DNA from: Penicillus capitatus
Taxonomy: Eukaryota; Plantae; Chlorophyta
Direction: 5' to 3'
DNA: 64,000 nucleotides
Assembly: GCA_965649825.1 (NCBI GenBank)
Contig: OZ287707.1
Coordinates: 612,292 to 676,291, forward strand
Shown here: piece after piece, positions 33,859-46,697 of the stretch
How the letters are laid out: each line of letters begins with the position of its first letter
Position numbering within the stretch: the first letter of the stretch is position 1
Notes under the pieces: model-generated
Databases searched by the model: none
Told to the model about the DNA's origin: nothing
Seen by the model: the letters and a program-made list of their open reading frames with translations, nothing else
Made by a program: the position numbers and the translations under genes

Positions 33859-35118
33859 ATGGGCTTGAACAGGATCCTCACCGTCAGAACGCGCCCGGCC
33901 GCTGACGCTACGCGCAAAAAGAAGAGAGCTGCACGCGATGTACGCTTACGAGTCTGCGGACAGAGTGCACGTCGTGTTGCCGCTCCCCGACCTCGCAGTG
34001 CAGCTGTCAGTTCAGTCGATCGTGTCTTGTCAAGGTGTCTGTCTGACTACGCCTCCAGCTTGAATAGCGTCTTTGTGTGACTTAGGTGTGAGAAAAGCGT
34101 TGTCATTTTGCCCGGACTCGGAAATGCCTCGTCTGATTACACTGCTCTCAAAGCAGATCTCGAGAGGCGTGAGATAGCGACAGAGACCTGTTTTGTCCGT
34201 CGTGTGGACTGGCTGCGTAATGCAGTGGGTCTTGTAGACAAAAACTACTGGAGAGGGACTCTGCGTCCACGTCCAACGGTCGACTGGTGACAGAGAGAAC
34301 GGCATATGGAGAAAAGGATGTGATCCGATCTGTACCTAGGTATCTCACGCGCATCGATGAGGCAGTAGAGAAAGCAAAACGCGCAACCGATGGCGCTCCT
34401 GTTACAATTTTGGCCCATTCTGTGAGCATATCCATGTTCGCGATGTGTGCTCTGGATGGAAGGCATGTTGACAGGCGGGAGGTTGGCTTGGCAGGCTATA
34501 CATGAAAGACTTTGGGACAACAGGCATCGAGAATTTTGTGACACTGGGTTCACCGCATCTACCTCCTCCAGAAAACAAACCTGGAGTTTTTGATCAAACG
34601 CGAGGCATCCTATCGTTCTGCGAGCAAGAAATACCAGGAACTTATCACTCAGATGTAGCCCTCCCTCTATGCATTGCCCCTCTCGCAGATGCTTGCTGAC
34701 CACAGATTCTGTGTAGGTGAACTACGTGACTGTAAGTGGGAAATATGTAAAGGGCTGCGAGTGGGCAGCTGAGGGATCTCTTCAATCGAAACTCGTTGGC
34801 ATGATCTACAAACAAGTGAAATTCCGAATGCCTCGAAAGTGCAGATGTGTGCGAACAGAGTCTGCTGCTGTTCAGGTATGTGGTGATGCAGATGTATGGG
34901 GAGATGGTGTTGTGCCAAACGCCTCGGCACATTTGAAGGGAGCTCTGAACATCGATCTGTCGGATGTATACCATAGCCCCATTGGCAGTAGGGAAACGAA
35001 AGGCAATGGTTCTGAAGAGGCACTAAGAAAGCGCAGACAGTGGTATGGATCGAAAGACATCGTGGAGAAGTGGCTAGGGCACCTTTTCCCGTTGCCAATA
35101 GGAAACAGCTACAGTTAG
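33859..35118 (+). CDS. Alpha/beta-hydrolase (lipase/PGAP1-like), probably plastid-targeted
   Basis: PGLGNASSDY, AHS|AGGWLGR nucleophile elbow, VTLGSPH, GDGVVP and VYHSP; five or more introns. Confidence 0.85.
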
Positions 35119-35809
35119 ATTACATGTTCAAACCTACTACCCCTCGGCCTACAGAAACATGTCTTTTCGTCGAAATCTTGTATTGTTTTATTCGTTGCTC
35201 ACAGCTGGAGAATCTGTCGTTGTTTAAAATCTGAAGTTGCTATTCTTAAGTACATGCGAAGAACGAATGGCCTTGGATTTGAATCGGCGCGAAAGGAACG
35301 GAAAACAGTTCCAACGGCCCAATAATAAGCCAGAGAACCGTCCACTAGTCCAGGGATTCATGAAATCGTCTTCTTCCAAAACTGTGAATATGAATCATCC
35401 GACTGATCCGTGCGCAAACAGCCGACATGACAGACAGCAACTTGATCAGAACCGCTGTTTTCAGCATCAGGCCAGGCAGATATTTTTGTCAGAGAGGTTG
35501 GCAGCCAGCAGCCATCCCCGTTACCCAGCAACATCATCAAAGAACAAAACGATAAGGAGAGCACTTAGGGAGGAAGGAGGATCTGGAGCAGAATGGAGAG
35601 AGGTATAAAAAATGAAGACAGTCGTCAGACAGTCATCATCAATCAGTCGGTCAATCAGTCAGTCCTTCGTTCCATCCAACAAGTCGTCGGTCATCAGCAG
35701 CATTCATCCTCAGCACTCGTTCACGTCTTCTTCTTTGATGCGATGGTTTATGGTGATGTCTTATGACCTTAAAAAGAATACAATCGTGCTCATTTCTTTG
35801 AAGATGGAG

Positions 35810-38130
35810 CTAGTTGTGTAGGAGGAGGTCGTTTTGCCACTCGTGCTCTGTAGAGACAGGAATTGCAAGCGTTGGAAGATTAAGTAAGTCATTTAAACGA
35901 CCTGTGGCTAGTCCATCGAGAACGAGACCATAGAAATTAGAGACAAGGGCAACAAGGGACCCACGCGGCTGGAGAGAGAAGAAAAAAAAAAGACATTCAA
36001 ATGCTACCAAGCGTGATCAGTGGAAAATTGATGTCTGTTCAAGTTGCACGTCATTCCGCCCCAAAGTGTCCTTTTATTATCGTAAAAATAACAGCATTGA
36101 AAAACTTAACGAAAGATTGGCAAACGCCAATGGTTTCTCTGAGCTCGCAGACAACAAGCTGTCTGAGCATAAGACCGACTCCTCCTCCTTCCTTTATTGC
36201 TAACCAATGTTGTTTTGAGAATCCTAGTCTAATCAAAAGACACAAGGCGTTTTCTCGTACCTCGAAGCTCTTGGAGGAAAGCATGGTTATCAGGGTGGGG
36301 ATCCCTCCGTCGCTTACAACGGCACGCTGCACATCCATATTGGAAGACAGGTCATAGATGGTCTTCGCCGCATAGACCTTTGTTTCATTGGAATTCTCTT
36401 TCAACACAGCCAGCAAATCGGTCACACCGTCGAATTGGGTCATCAGCGCCCTCGCATGTCGATTGGATGACAGCACAGACAAGGCTTTGACGGAAGCGAG
36501 AACGGCATCTTCGCTCTTGCTCCGTGCGAGGCGAAGAAGGAGCCAAATTGCCTCGGACTCCACAACATTCCGGATTCCTTGGGGGCTTTCGGCGATGTTC
36601 GTTATAATGTGTGCGGCATAACTGCAGGATATAAGACAAGGAGATCTCAGCGCATGGACGATTCTGGATATGACACTCTTTTCCAGAAACCAAGAAATAC
36701 TGATGTCCACATCGGACAAATGCGCCAGGCATCGAAGGGTGTCCAATCGATACACGGCCGTTGGATCGTCGATTTTGAGGAATTGGACAAGCAAAGGAAT
36801 GACGCCAGATTCCAGAAGCACCAGTCTTTGCTCCTCTACCTCTGAAACATTGGCAACGGTTGTTAAAGCATCTGGACTCTTCTCTTCCAAGAGTCTGACC
36901 AAGACGTTGATGACTCCTTTGCGCATGCAAGGCTTGACTTTCTCTGCATCTTTCGTCAAATTGGCCAGGCATCGCACAGCTTCGGCTGCGTACAGCATAT
37001 CGTCGTTTTTAAGAAGAGCAATGATAAAGGGGATGCCTCCCTGTCGCAAGACATTTCTTCGCATCTGAGCTCGCAACGTAAGATTGCTCAATGCCTTGAG
37101 GGCCCAAATCTTGCATACACGTTCGGACTTTGAGTCCAGTAACTCAATCATTTGCCACACGCAGACCGATCCAAAACGGCACAGGTTCTTGGTGTCCAGG
37201 CTGAGGTTGTAGATAAGCTCTGCTATCCATGCCTTCACAATGTAATCGTCTAGTGTCATTAAACATTCCACAAAGACTTTGACGGCACTCAGTTTTATGA
37301 GCTGACAAGCAACAGACGGGACGGAAGAGAGCTGCACCAATGCACGGACCGCATGGTTTTTCCCACTATCACTTGTTTTCTTGGTGACAGATAAGAGCAC
37401 TTCTAAAAGGCCTTTTTCTTGGACAAGTGCCTCTTTTGCTTCTCGGTTGAGGCACATATTCGCAAGAAACTCCATTCCTTTTTCAACCACAGCCATTTTT
37501 GCGACCTTCATAAGACTCATCACCAGATTGAGGGCTTTTGTCTTGAGAATCGCTTTTCTGAAAACGGCTGTCTGCGAGAGGTTCGTCAAAAGACTCAACA
37601 CATTCGGGACACGAGGGTCAGATTTGTCTGCCAAGAACTGTACCACAACGGGCAATGTGCCTTCCTCCACGATGGCTTTTCTGTTCACTGGCCGACGCGA
37701 AAGATTAGAAATCGACCAGGTGGCCGTTGTGCTCTCTTCAGTTCCTTGACATTGCAGACGGGAAACGAGAGATTTAATCTCCACGTCACCAGGCTCGACG
37801 GGAGAGGTGCGTGGAAGATTCTTCAAAGACGGACTGCCAAACCTTTCGCGCATCATTGAACCAATGACTGTGTCAATCACTTCGTAAGTGATACTCTATG
37901 TGCACAACAACACCCCACTGAGACGAGAGAAAGAACAAAGAGAAGGAACGTCGTTTAAGTATTACGAATAACCATGAAACACGTGGTTGTCTAATGACCG
38001 CAGAGTTCAAAACCGACGAAGCGGTCGAATATTGTGCAATGCTCACCATTCGTCCTGTTGAGGAGATACGCGGGCGTACTCCCAAGTGCGTGCTGCGATG
38101 TTTTTCACTATGTATAAGAGAATCGTTCCA
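35810..38130 (-). CDS. Armadillo-repeat protein; terminal exons uncertain
   Basis: The 609-codon ORF 36051-37880 carries repeated ARM units (G.LP.VV.FL...LTNL, GGIPFIIALL, GGIPTLITML). Flanking acceptor sites suggest extra exons. Confidence 0.8.
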
Positions 38131-38424
38131 CACACAGAAGCCTACTCGGATCGCTTTCTTCTTGCAGGATGCTTCGACGTCGACCGTAATGCTGAAAAGT
38201 GACCTCTTCTAAGAAGGGTTTTGGAAATAGATGTCTAGAGTTTTACGTCGGTACAAGGAGTTTAAAAGCCGTGGCGTGCCATTGTCCACAGTGACGGTTG
38301 GAGACATGACGCATACATGATCTCATCAGCACCTAGTCGTCCTGAATGGGTCACTAAGGTTCATCCTCAGATGCTTGTATCTCTGGAGGTATATTCTCTT
38401 CCACCTCGTCACAGACAGATGCTG

Positions 38425-39741
38425 TCAGAAATGCAAAGATCGTTTCTGGGTGTTCACCATCTGATCGAGTTTATCTAGATCCACTTCTTCAAGACTGACA
38501 ATCCGAAGCTTGCTTTCGTCTTCTTCTGTCGCGCCAAATATCTAACAGGAATAAAGAATCGCGAGAGAAACGTTGTGTTCGGAATGATACCTCCTGCAGA
38601 CTGAGATCTTTGGCCCCTTCGGCTTCCGGATCAAGAAGGGGTTCGTGTTCCGTGAGGTACAGGATTTTGCGGAAGAGTGATTGGCACGTAGCTTTTCTCT
38701 CCACTCCTGCACTCGTCATGCCTTCCGTATTCCTTCACAAACACCATCTCGTGTGTGCTGTCTGCCAACAACGACGTTTACAGCATCAGCGATCCATATT
38801 TTTCATAGATCCGCTGCGCACGTTCCTTCAGTGCGGTTGCAACATCGCTCTCAGATAACTGAAGCGATGTCTTCAGGGCAATGAGATCATCGACTGCCGA
38901 TTGATCGAACTTGCGCTCTCGCAGGACAAACCACAGATACTTCCGAAATACTTCCGTCGGCGTAAATCCCGTTTTCATGCGAATCATCTGCCGCATCCTT
39001 TTTGTCATGATCCCCATACGTTATGCTGTGCTCGTACCCAAACGGCCTTCTCTGTCAACTCGTCGCGTCTGTCTGGCAAGTACTTGATCAATGCCTCGAC
39101 CAGTTCTCTGTTCTTGTTGACCTGACGACACAGAACGTTTCCTGATCCATTCTTCCAAGCACAGATGGACAGCAATGCATTACCGTTCTTTTGCGCTTTG
39201 CCTTGGGCGATAGGAATTTTCGAATCGTCCTGAACAGCGAGACAGCGAAGGTCGCTGCCAAGAAGAGCAGAACGCCGTTCTTTGCAATCACCACAATTTT
39301 CTGAGACGGCATGTACCCAGCAACGTACGATGTGGACTGCACAGCCTCGTGCTGCAGAGGACAGAGGGGATGGATTCAGTTCATCTTTTCCGTGTCACAC
39401 TTGTCACACACCTCGGTTCTATCTGACTGTTCGCCAATGACATCGCGGTTCTCGGCAGAGTCGGACGTGGCATTGGCAATCGACGTGACCATTTCTGGCG
39501 CATTCGGATCGTTCTTGGACACAGGGGAGTCTTCACTCGATGCCCTTGTCATGGCGAAGGGCGATCGTGTCTGCCGCCGCTTCAAAACCACCGTTGTAGT
39601 ACGACCTTCGTGTCTGAAGTATGGCTGGAAGCAATCAGCATATATTCTCCTTCCAGAGATTGGCTGTGATATTGCTTTTCGTAGCGACCACCATCGAGCC
39701 TCACGGAGCAGCGCTCGAGGATCTCCCAGCTGAAACATCAT
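38425..39741 (-). CDS. Conserved plastid-type helical protein (At2g44870-like, from memory)
   Basis: KTGFTPTEVFRKYLWFVLRERKF...LIALK...ERAQRIYEKYG, RKATCQSLFRKILYLTE, IFGATEEDESKLRI; transit-peptide-like N-terminus. Confidence 0.7.
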
Positions 39742-39828
39742 TACTGCTACCGTCAATTGTTGTCATTGAAGCGGACGCGGACGTCTTAGTGAATATCACG
39801 TTGTTGTGGAAGCGACCGTATCGCCTAT

Positions 39829-40767
39829 ATGGGAAGCGTCTTCAGTCACACCCGCAAAAGGCGCGCGCGTGTATCGGCTTCAAGGAGAATTGATTGGACG
39901 AGATGTATTCAGGAAGGCCGAGGTGCCCATAACGGAAGTTGATAAAGCGGTGCTCTCGCTCAGGACACAAAAGCGAAAACTCAACGGAGAGCGAAAAAGA
40001 GTGAGATGGAGTGACCTCTAATTGCACTTAGCAATGGCTGGCTTCAGTTAGAAGATATCTTGGAGAAGAATGTCGCTGCAATAAAAGAACTGTTAACACA
40101 GAAACAAAAGAATAAAGCATTGCTTGCATTAAAAAAGAAAAAGATGCGAGAAGAGCAACTGACGAATGTGGACAATTGGCTCATGCAAGTCGAAGGACTC
40201 GTACGTTTCTTTTCTTTTTTCCACTGCGCCTGATGCTTCGGCGACCAGTTGGGATCTCTCGAATTCTCTCAAAAGCAGAACGAAATCTTCGCTGCCCTGC
40301 GATCTGGCGCTGACGCTTTGAAGGGCATTCAGAACGAAGTCCTCTCATTTCTGTTGCATGTATATGCTAAGTGTAGATGTGTTGATCAGGTACGGGTGGA
40401 AGACGTGGATAAACTGACAGCCGACACCGAAGATGCGAAAGCTTATTTGGTCCACACATCAGGCAGATTGGCAATGACCTGAAAGCGCGCTTGGTGTACA
40501 GGACGAGATATATGAAGCCATGGGTATGGATCCGCCAGAAGTCGTAGCCGAGTTGGAAAAAGAGCTGCAACAGCTCGAAGATGCGATGGCCGAAGAGGAG
40601 AAGCTGGCAATGCCAACTGTCCCAACGGTGCGATCTATTCTCCTGTCGGACTCGACATTCAGTACTGTCTTCAGACGAAGGTGGAGGTCACATCAATTGC
40701 AGTGGAAGAGGAGGACAAGAAGCAACCGAAGGAAGAGCCGCCAAAGGAAGAGCCGCTATTGGCTTAA
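39829..40767 (+). CDS. VPS20: ESCRT-III subunit VPS20/CHMP6
   Basis: MGSVFS myristoylation start; ITEVDKAVLSLRTQKRKL, ALLALKKKK..EEQL and Snf7 helices; acidic tail. Confidence 0.88.
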
Positions 40768-40800
40768 CTTTGATGAAAAAGACACGGAACAATAACATCA

Positions 40801-41650
40801 TCATTCTATCGAATCCTCTTCGATTTTGTCGACAACTGAGGTTCCTGTATCATCATCGAATCCTTCCTCCGGATCTAACCACTTGAGATGTTGAAGTTCG
40901 GTGCGGGCGACAAAGAAATTAAATCCACTGACCGTCCTGTCCCCATCCTTCATCGTAATATCCGTCATCTGTGGAACGGCTATCATATCCATGCCTGCCT
41001 TATGGAGTGTCCGTCTTGCCCATGTCATTCCGACGATGGACCGTCCCACAGCTCGTGGCCCAATGGCAACGACCTTTGCACTTTGAGCAACTTTTAGAGC
41101 GCGTGCTATGCGCCCGCCGATGGCGCGGCCGGACCCAAGAGACTTAACCCATATCTCCTCCATACTCTCTTTGGTGTCCTCCCCGTCAACAGTGAACTGA
41201 TCGGTCGATGAAACGCCGAATGAGAGGCTAGAAACCCTTTCTTTGTCTGATCCTTCTCCGTGGTTGACGCGGAAAGAGAGGCTTGATCCTGTTGTAGCCG
41301 GCGTCTCTCTCAGGAATTGCCGAGCCACGTGCAAAGACTTTGCCGTCTTGTTTACTGCAGCAATGCCTGTGGCTTTCATGCAAATAGGGAATTCGTTGCG
41401 TGGGCTCTTTCGCAAAACCGCGGCGATCTTGCCAGCCAGTTTTCTGATGTCGCCGTCGGCCGGAACAAAAAGGTCTCTTAATGGCTGACGACTGAATAAC
41501 AGGTTCGACATTGAGCCGCCTAAGAAGGACGTACGGGGAAGTCGTCTCTTTAGATTCGGTCTGTGCAGAGGCGACGATGCTCCTTCGCGCCGTCGTCGTC
41601 GCCGTCAAACTTCGTAGATTCATCGATCTCGAAAGTAAAAGACGAAACAT
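40801..41650 (-). CDS. Organelle-targeted protein with two tandem SpoVS-like domains
   Basis: LAGKIAAVLRK...KATGIAAVNKTAKSLHVARQFL and AIGGRIARALK...VVAIGPRAVGRSIVGMTWARRTL..AGMDMIAVPQMTDI match SpoVS. R/S/T-rich presequence; 43-nt intron. Confidence 0.75.
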
Positions 41651-42277
41651 CGTGTTGTGGATCAAACGCGTAACGCTTCACCTTCGAAGAAATGAGTCGC
41701 GTACGGAAAATGCAAACCTTAAAAATGGATGAATGCCAGATGCAGACAGAAAGAAGCCACTAGACCGTTCTCAGTCGGATTGTCGCCGACGGACAGCTGA
41801 TCCGCAACAACAAATATCCATCCATTCCTTCACTCAATGTTAGTCTATAGAAGATCTCTTCTGCAAGGAAGACACCGGATAAAATGCAAAGACTGTTGCT
41901 GATCGCCACCGAAGATTCCCAAGAACCAAAAGAGGCCGATTTGGTCGAGATCTCAATCGAATGTGTAGAAGCCGTTGAGTGTCCGTGTCTCATACCTGCG
42001 AAGACGAGGCGGAAGAGTAAGACGTCTTCGGGGCGAAGGAGCTCTTCATGCATTTGCTAGAAGATGAGGCAACGGAAGGAGCACATCTACGTCGACGTGT
42101 GCCGTTTGTGTCGAGCGAAGATGACGATGAATACGGCTTGCGGATTGTGGCATAGCGACATAATGCGGCGGCGCGCGCGACCTGTCCTTCACCAGCAAAC
42201 TCGCTGAGCATTCGGCCGCAACGATCGCGCTCGTCACATCATTTTTGCAGAAGGATCTCGATCACGTCTCGTCGACA

Positions 42278-44539
42278 ATGAAGGCGAGTGGCCTGGTAGT
42301 TCCCAGTTCGGAGCGTCCCTTCACTCTCCGCCCGACTCGACTCCACAAGTTCGCATACCAGTCCGCCCCTAAACACTCCGATATCTTTTCTGCCAGGCCG
42401 CGTTCGTTTTCTTCATCTCTCGATTGTCGCAGCGACGGCGAATCCGACATTTTTCGCAAATCCAGTGGCTCTTCGCATTTTAGCGGCCGGCCGCTTTCAT
42501 CACAGGGCGTTCTGGAAGGAGGAAGAATACACGCAGGTCACAGTTTTTCCTACGATTACCAGTTGCATCAGAACACAGTACTGGTCTCGCGTTCATGGAG
42601 CAATCTTCTGCTGAAAGACGAAGGCCTGGAGATATCCACAGAGAGACGCAATGACATACCACACTGTGCTGTGTTGCTGTCTGCTATTCGACAAGAAGTG
42701 ATCGATGTTTCCGAGGCTGCGGATGTCGAGGTTCAGATCGAAGACTATGGCCCACTGGTGCGTTTGTCCGATGGATCGGCTTTTCGTCCAGTACGTTTCC
42801 TTCTCACTCCCTCTGCCAATTCACTCATCCATACAGGGGAAATGCGGACGATGAACGTACACTGCTATCGAAACGCGCTAATTCACTTAACTGTGCTTTT
42901 CTGTACAGGGTGGACGGAATTCCGATGTCGAGAAGCTCTCAGGGGGTTGCATTGGCGAAATGCTTAAAGGGCAGCAGGTCATGTTGCGATGCAAAGGTTA
43001 TGCGTCCTTCTATCAAGCATTCGCCGCCCTGAGACGCGTCAATCAACGATTCGCATCTTATGGTCGACAGCTTTACTTTAACATTCTCGCGAGAAAGGAC
43101 TTGATGGAAGGGACGGGTAAACTGGTCGCGCAATATGAATTCTATCTCCACGAGAGGCAGTTGGACGTCGATTTTCGTTTACGCATGTAACAGACGTCAC
43201 ATCGTTTTTGTTCACGATGCGTCTGAACGCTGCGTCGAGATTGCAGCCCTCGAACGTCTGTTGGGGAGGCTCTCCCTTGCAGATCACTCGAAGTGGAAAT
43301 TCTTTCCCTCCTCGAGAAAAACGGAGACGGATCTGCACGCAGGCGGTTCTCCAGGGCATCCGTTTGCCAGGTCTCCTCACATCGCCCACTCCCGTCTTCA
43401 CGGAAGAAGAAGTCGTTCTCCGACTGAAAAGATCCGCAGAATAGCGTAAATGATGAATCTAGGCACTCTACGCTGCGAAGAGGAATACACCCCCTGAGTC
43501 CAACAGACTGCACCGAGCCTTCTATACTTCAGAACTGAATGGCATCATCCGTGATCCACATCTGATGACGATTCCTTGGGACGATCGTCTTTTCCTACAC
43601 GGACACGGAGCTTTTGAGATGTGTCACATGTCACAAGGATACCTCTATCTATTCGACACTCATGTGGAACGATTTCTCCTGTCCGTTTCGAGAGCGGGAT
43701 TGAAATCGCCGATGTCGGAGGCGGAATTAAAAAGAAAGATTCTTCACACAGCTGCTGCTGGTAACAAGCTCAATGGCTTTGTACGATTCTGGATGTCGGG
43801 AGGACGCGGAACTCTAAGTCTAAGTGTCAAGGGAGGAAAGGGTCCTGCCTTCTACGTCCTGACATCCTGCGAGAAACCCTATCAAAACTACGATCTGGAG
43901 ACAGGATTCTCAGCCATAACGACCAAAGTGCCCATTCACGACAGCTACTACACGACCATGATATCGAACAACAATCTGCCAATCGTCTTGGGCCAACTCG
44001 ATGCTGATCAACGGGGAAAAGAGCTGGCAGGGATCGTCCTGAGATGGCACGTTTTGGATGGCAGGTGTGTTTTAGGGTATCTTGGTGGATGAAGACACGA
44101 ATGTCATCAATGCAGGGGAATATGACATCGCTATCATTACTGACAACGATGTCTTGGTCGTTACACCTAATTCTGAGTATTTAACAGGAGCCATACTCCG
44201 CAGAATCCGACAACTGGTCGAACGAGTACGCATCTCCCTCTCTGTTCTGCTGTTCTCATTCTACGTGTTTTGTCTAAGGGCGAGGGCAGATCCATGTCTG
44301 TCAAATCCGTCCAATCGCGATTGTTCTCAGTCGATGAGGCAATTCACGCACAGGAGGTCTTTGTCACACATCCACATCTTCCTGTGATGGGTGTCGTGGA
44401 ATGGGATGGCATTGTGGTTGGAGATGGCACCTCGGGCATCAACACAGCTGCCTTTAGCGAAATGATCGTCGAAGACTCTGAGCCACGAGAGAACTCATAT
44501 GTCCATACAGAGATCCCTTATGGCTACATGACAATGTGA
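42278..44539 (+). CDS. SpoVS-like domain fused to a class-IV (D-amino-acid/ADC-lyase-like) aminotransferase fold lacking catalytic residues
   Basis: FYTSELNGIIRDPHLMTIPWDDRLFLHGHGAFE...HVERF matches plant DAAT/ADCL, but MKSVNYLP is MISNNNLP here. The upstream exon is in SpoVS register. Start codon uncertain. Confidence 0.75.
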
Positions 44540-45010
44540 AGGCAACAGACACTGCCCAGACACTCGACGCTTCTTCGGTGTCGCCCAGAAGAAACCGATC
44601 GATGACAATCGAATGTAAAAATGCAAGCAATTGCGCTTTTCCAGTAGACCGTGTGGCTTTGATCGATATTCCCTCATCGTCTTGGCATCCACATCCTGTA
44701 TTCAGATCGGAATGATCTTGTCCTTTCGGTGCAATGATGATCGACTTTGTGATGCGTGCTTCGCTCGGAAGGCTCTGGATTTGTCTTCTTGAGCGTCTTG
44801 TCGTGTTTGTTGTGATGCGCTTTTCTTGCGATCGCATCCAAATTGCCAAGAGTCTTCTTGGCTGCAGACATGGAGTGTTACTGCACCGTGGTTACAGAAT
44901 GGGGAGATCGGTATCCGACGACGACAACAATTGCAAATCAAAAAATACGAAACAATCGTAACGGAGATAAGAATAAGCAAATATCGGATCGGCATTCGCA
45001 TGTCAACCAT

Positions 45011-46558
45011 CTATACGATCTCCCTTGTCGGAATGACGCTGCCGGTCTTCTGCCAATAATCAATCGCTTGACTTACACCTGACCCAGGGGTAATACTCAC
45101 ACCGGCGTCAATCAAAGCCATCTCTGTGCCACACAGAGCACTGCACATCATCAATTCATCCATATTGCCCAGATGCCCTATCCGGAACACCTTTCCGTTA
45201 ACCTGCACACATCACACTATCGCGCCAGACGTCACACAAGTCGATGCCTGACCTTCAACAGTCCAACGCCCAGAGAGAGATTGTACTTTGCCAGTGCATT
45301 CTTGATGACGACATTGCTGTCAATGTGTTCAGGTGTTTTGACAACCGTCAAGGTATCACTGTTCCATCGTGGATCACTGCAAAGGAGTTCCAGTCCCCAA
45401 CCTTTCACAGCTTTTCTCGTGCCTTCCGCCAATCGATGATGGCGAGCGACAACATTTTTCATGCCTTCTTCCCTCAGAAGCGCCAGGGATTCTTGCAGAC
45501 CATAGAGAAGATGCAGACTCGGTGTGTAAGGAGTGTTTCCACTCGGATTGGTCTTCAGCTGGTCCTGGAAATCGTAGTAGCAACGCGGCAACGTTGCCGT
45601 TTCCATAGCAGCCAATGCCTAAACCGCCATCTCACTGCTGCATGACCATGTGCTTTCAGCAGACCTTGGGAGAAGCGCAGACGACGGTGAGCCCTGTTGG
45701 AAGGGAGAGAGCTTTCTGAGATCCGGTCACGGCGACATCTACTCGCCACTTGTCAAACTGAAAATCCAGAGCGCCGATTGAAGACACGCCATCCACCAAT
45801 AGAAGCGCAGGATGGTTCGCTGCGTCCATCGCCCTTCGACAACCAGCAATGTCGCTCGTCACTCCAGTTGTCGTTTCGTTGTGCACGATGCAGACGGCCT
45901 TGATCTTCTTCTCTGTATCTTTCTTCAGAATCTAATCTCACTCAAAATGAACATCTGCAAAAGAGTGAGATATGCGACCTCTTCAATTTTGGCCTCGTCG
46001 GCGCCGTTGCCCCAGCGCTCATCGAATACAGTGACATTGAGTCCCATTCTCTCCATCATATCGATCCACAAGAGTGAGAACAGTCCATAACGAAACGCAA
46101 CGACGTGATCGCCAGGAGACAAGGTGTTGGTCAAAGCACTTTCCCAACCACCTGTTCCTGTTCCCGAGAAGATGAAAGTGGTCCCCTGAGTCGTGTTGAA
46201 AATCATCTTTGACTCTTCGAGCATTTTTTTGAAGAGACTGGGAAACCATGGCTCTCTGTGATTTTGACCCGGCATATGCATCGCCCTCAACACGCGTTCG
46301 TGGATATTCACCGGTCCAGGAACGTGGAGGTGATTGCGACCAGGAGGGGTATAAGAGAAATCAGCCACGGGCTTCGGCACCGTTCCCGTCGACTCCGCCT
46401 CCTCCTAGAAACATCGCACGGTCGGCGTCATGCATGAGAACACCTTGACGCACAGCAGGAGCAGCCAAGGCGCTCAGACTGGAACGAAAGAGAGCAAGAG
46501 ATCTGATGTTTGTTAGCGTGTTCTTTCGGAGCATCGTTCGCACACCGCCGCTCAACAT
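45011..46558 (-). CDS. AGT1: Serine:glyoxylate / alanine:glyoxylate aminotransferase
   Basis: PGRNHLHVPGPVNI, GTGTGGWESALTNTLSPGD, HNETTTGV, VDGVSSIG, TGSQKALSLP (PLP Lys), PYTPSLHLLYGL and FRIGHLG. Confidence 0.95.
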
Positions 46559-46697
46559 CGCGCTTTGAAGAATGGATCAGAAAGGCTCTAGAGAAATCGA
46601 TCGATAAAACCTCGTATCTACAACGTCCTCATTTCGAAACAGAAAAACGGCGCGCGCACCGTTAAAGGAACATGTGGAGGCATTCAGAAGCATCCAA

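Noticed and set aside
35237-35821. Short plus-strand ORFs between the hydrolase and ARM genes
   Set aside because: No motif and low complexity; more likely UTR sequence.
44027-44075. Possible GC-AG intron in the aminotransferase-like gene
   Set aside because: An in-frame canonical GT donor at 44036 gives a 40-nt intron, and the GC donor context is weak. A similar ambiguity exists in the jagunal-like gene (~58935-58990).
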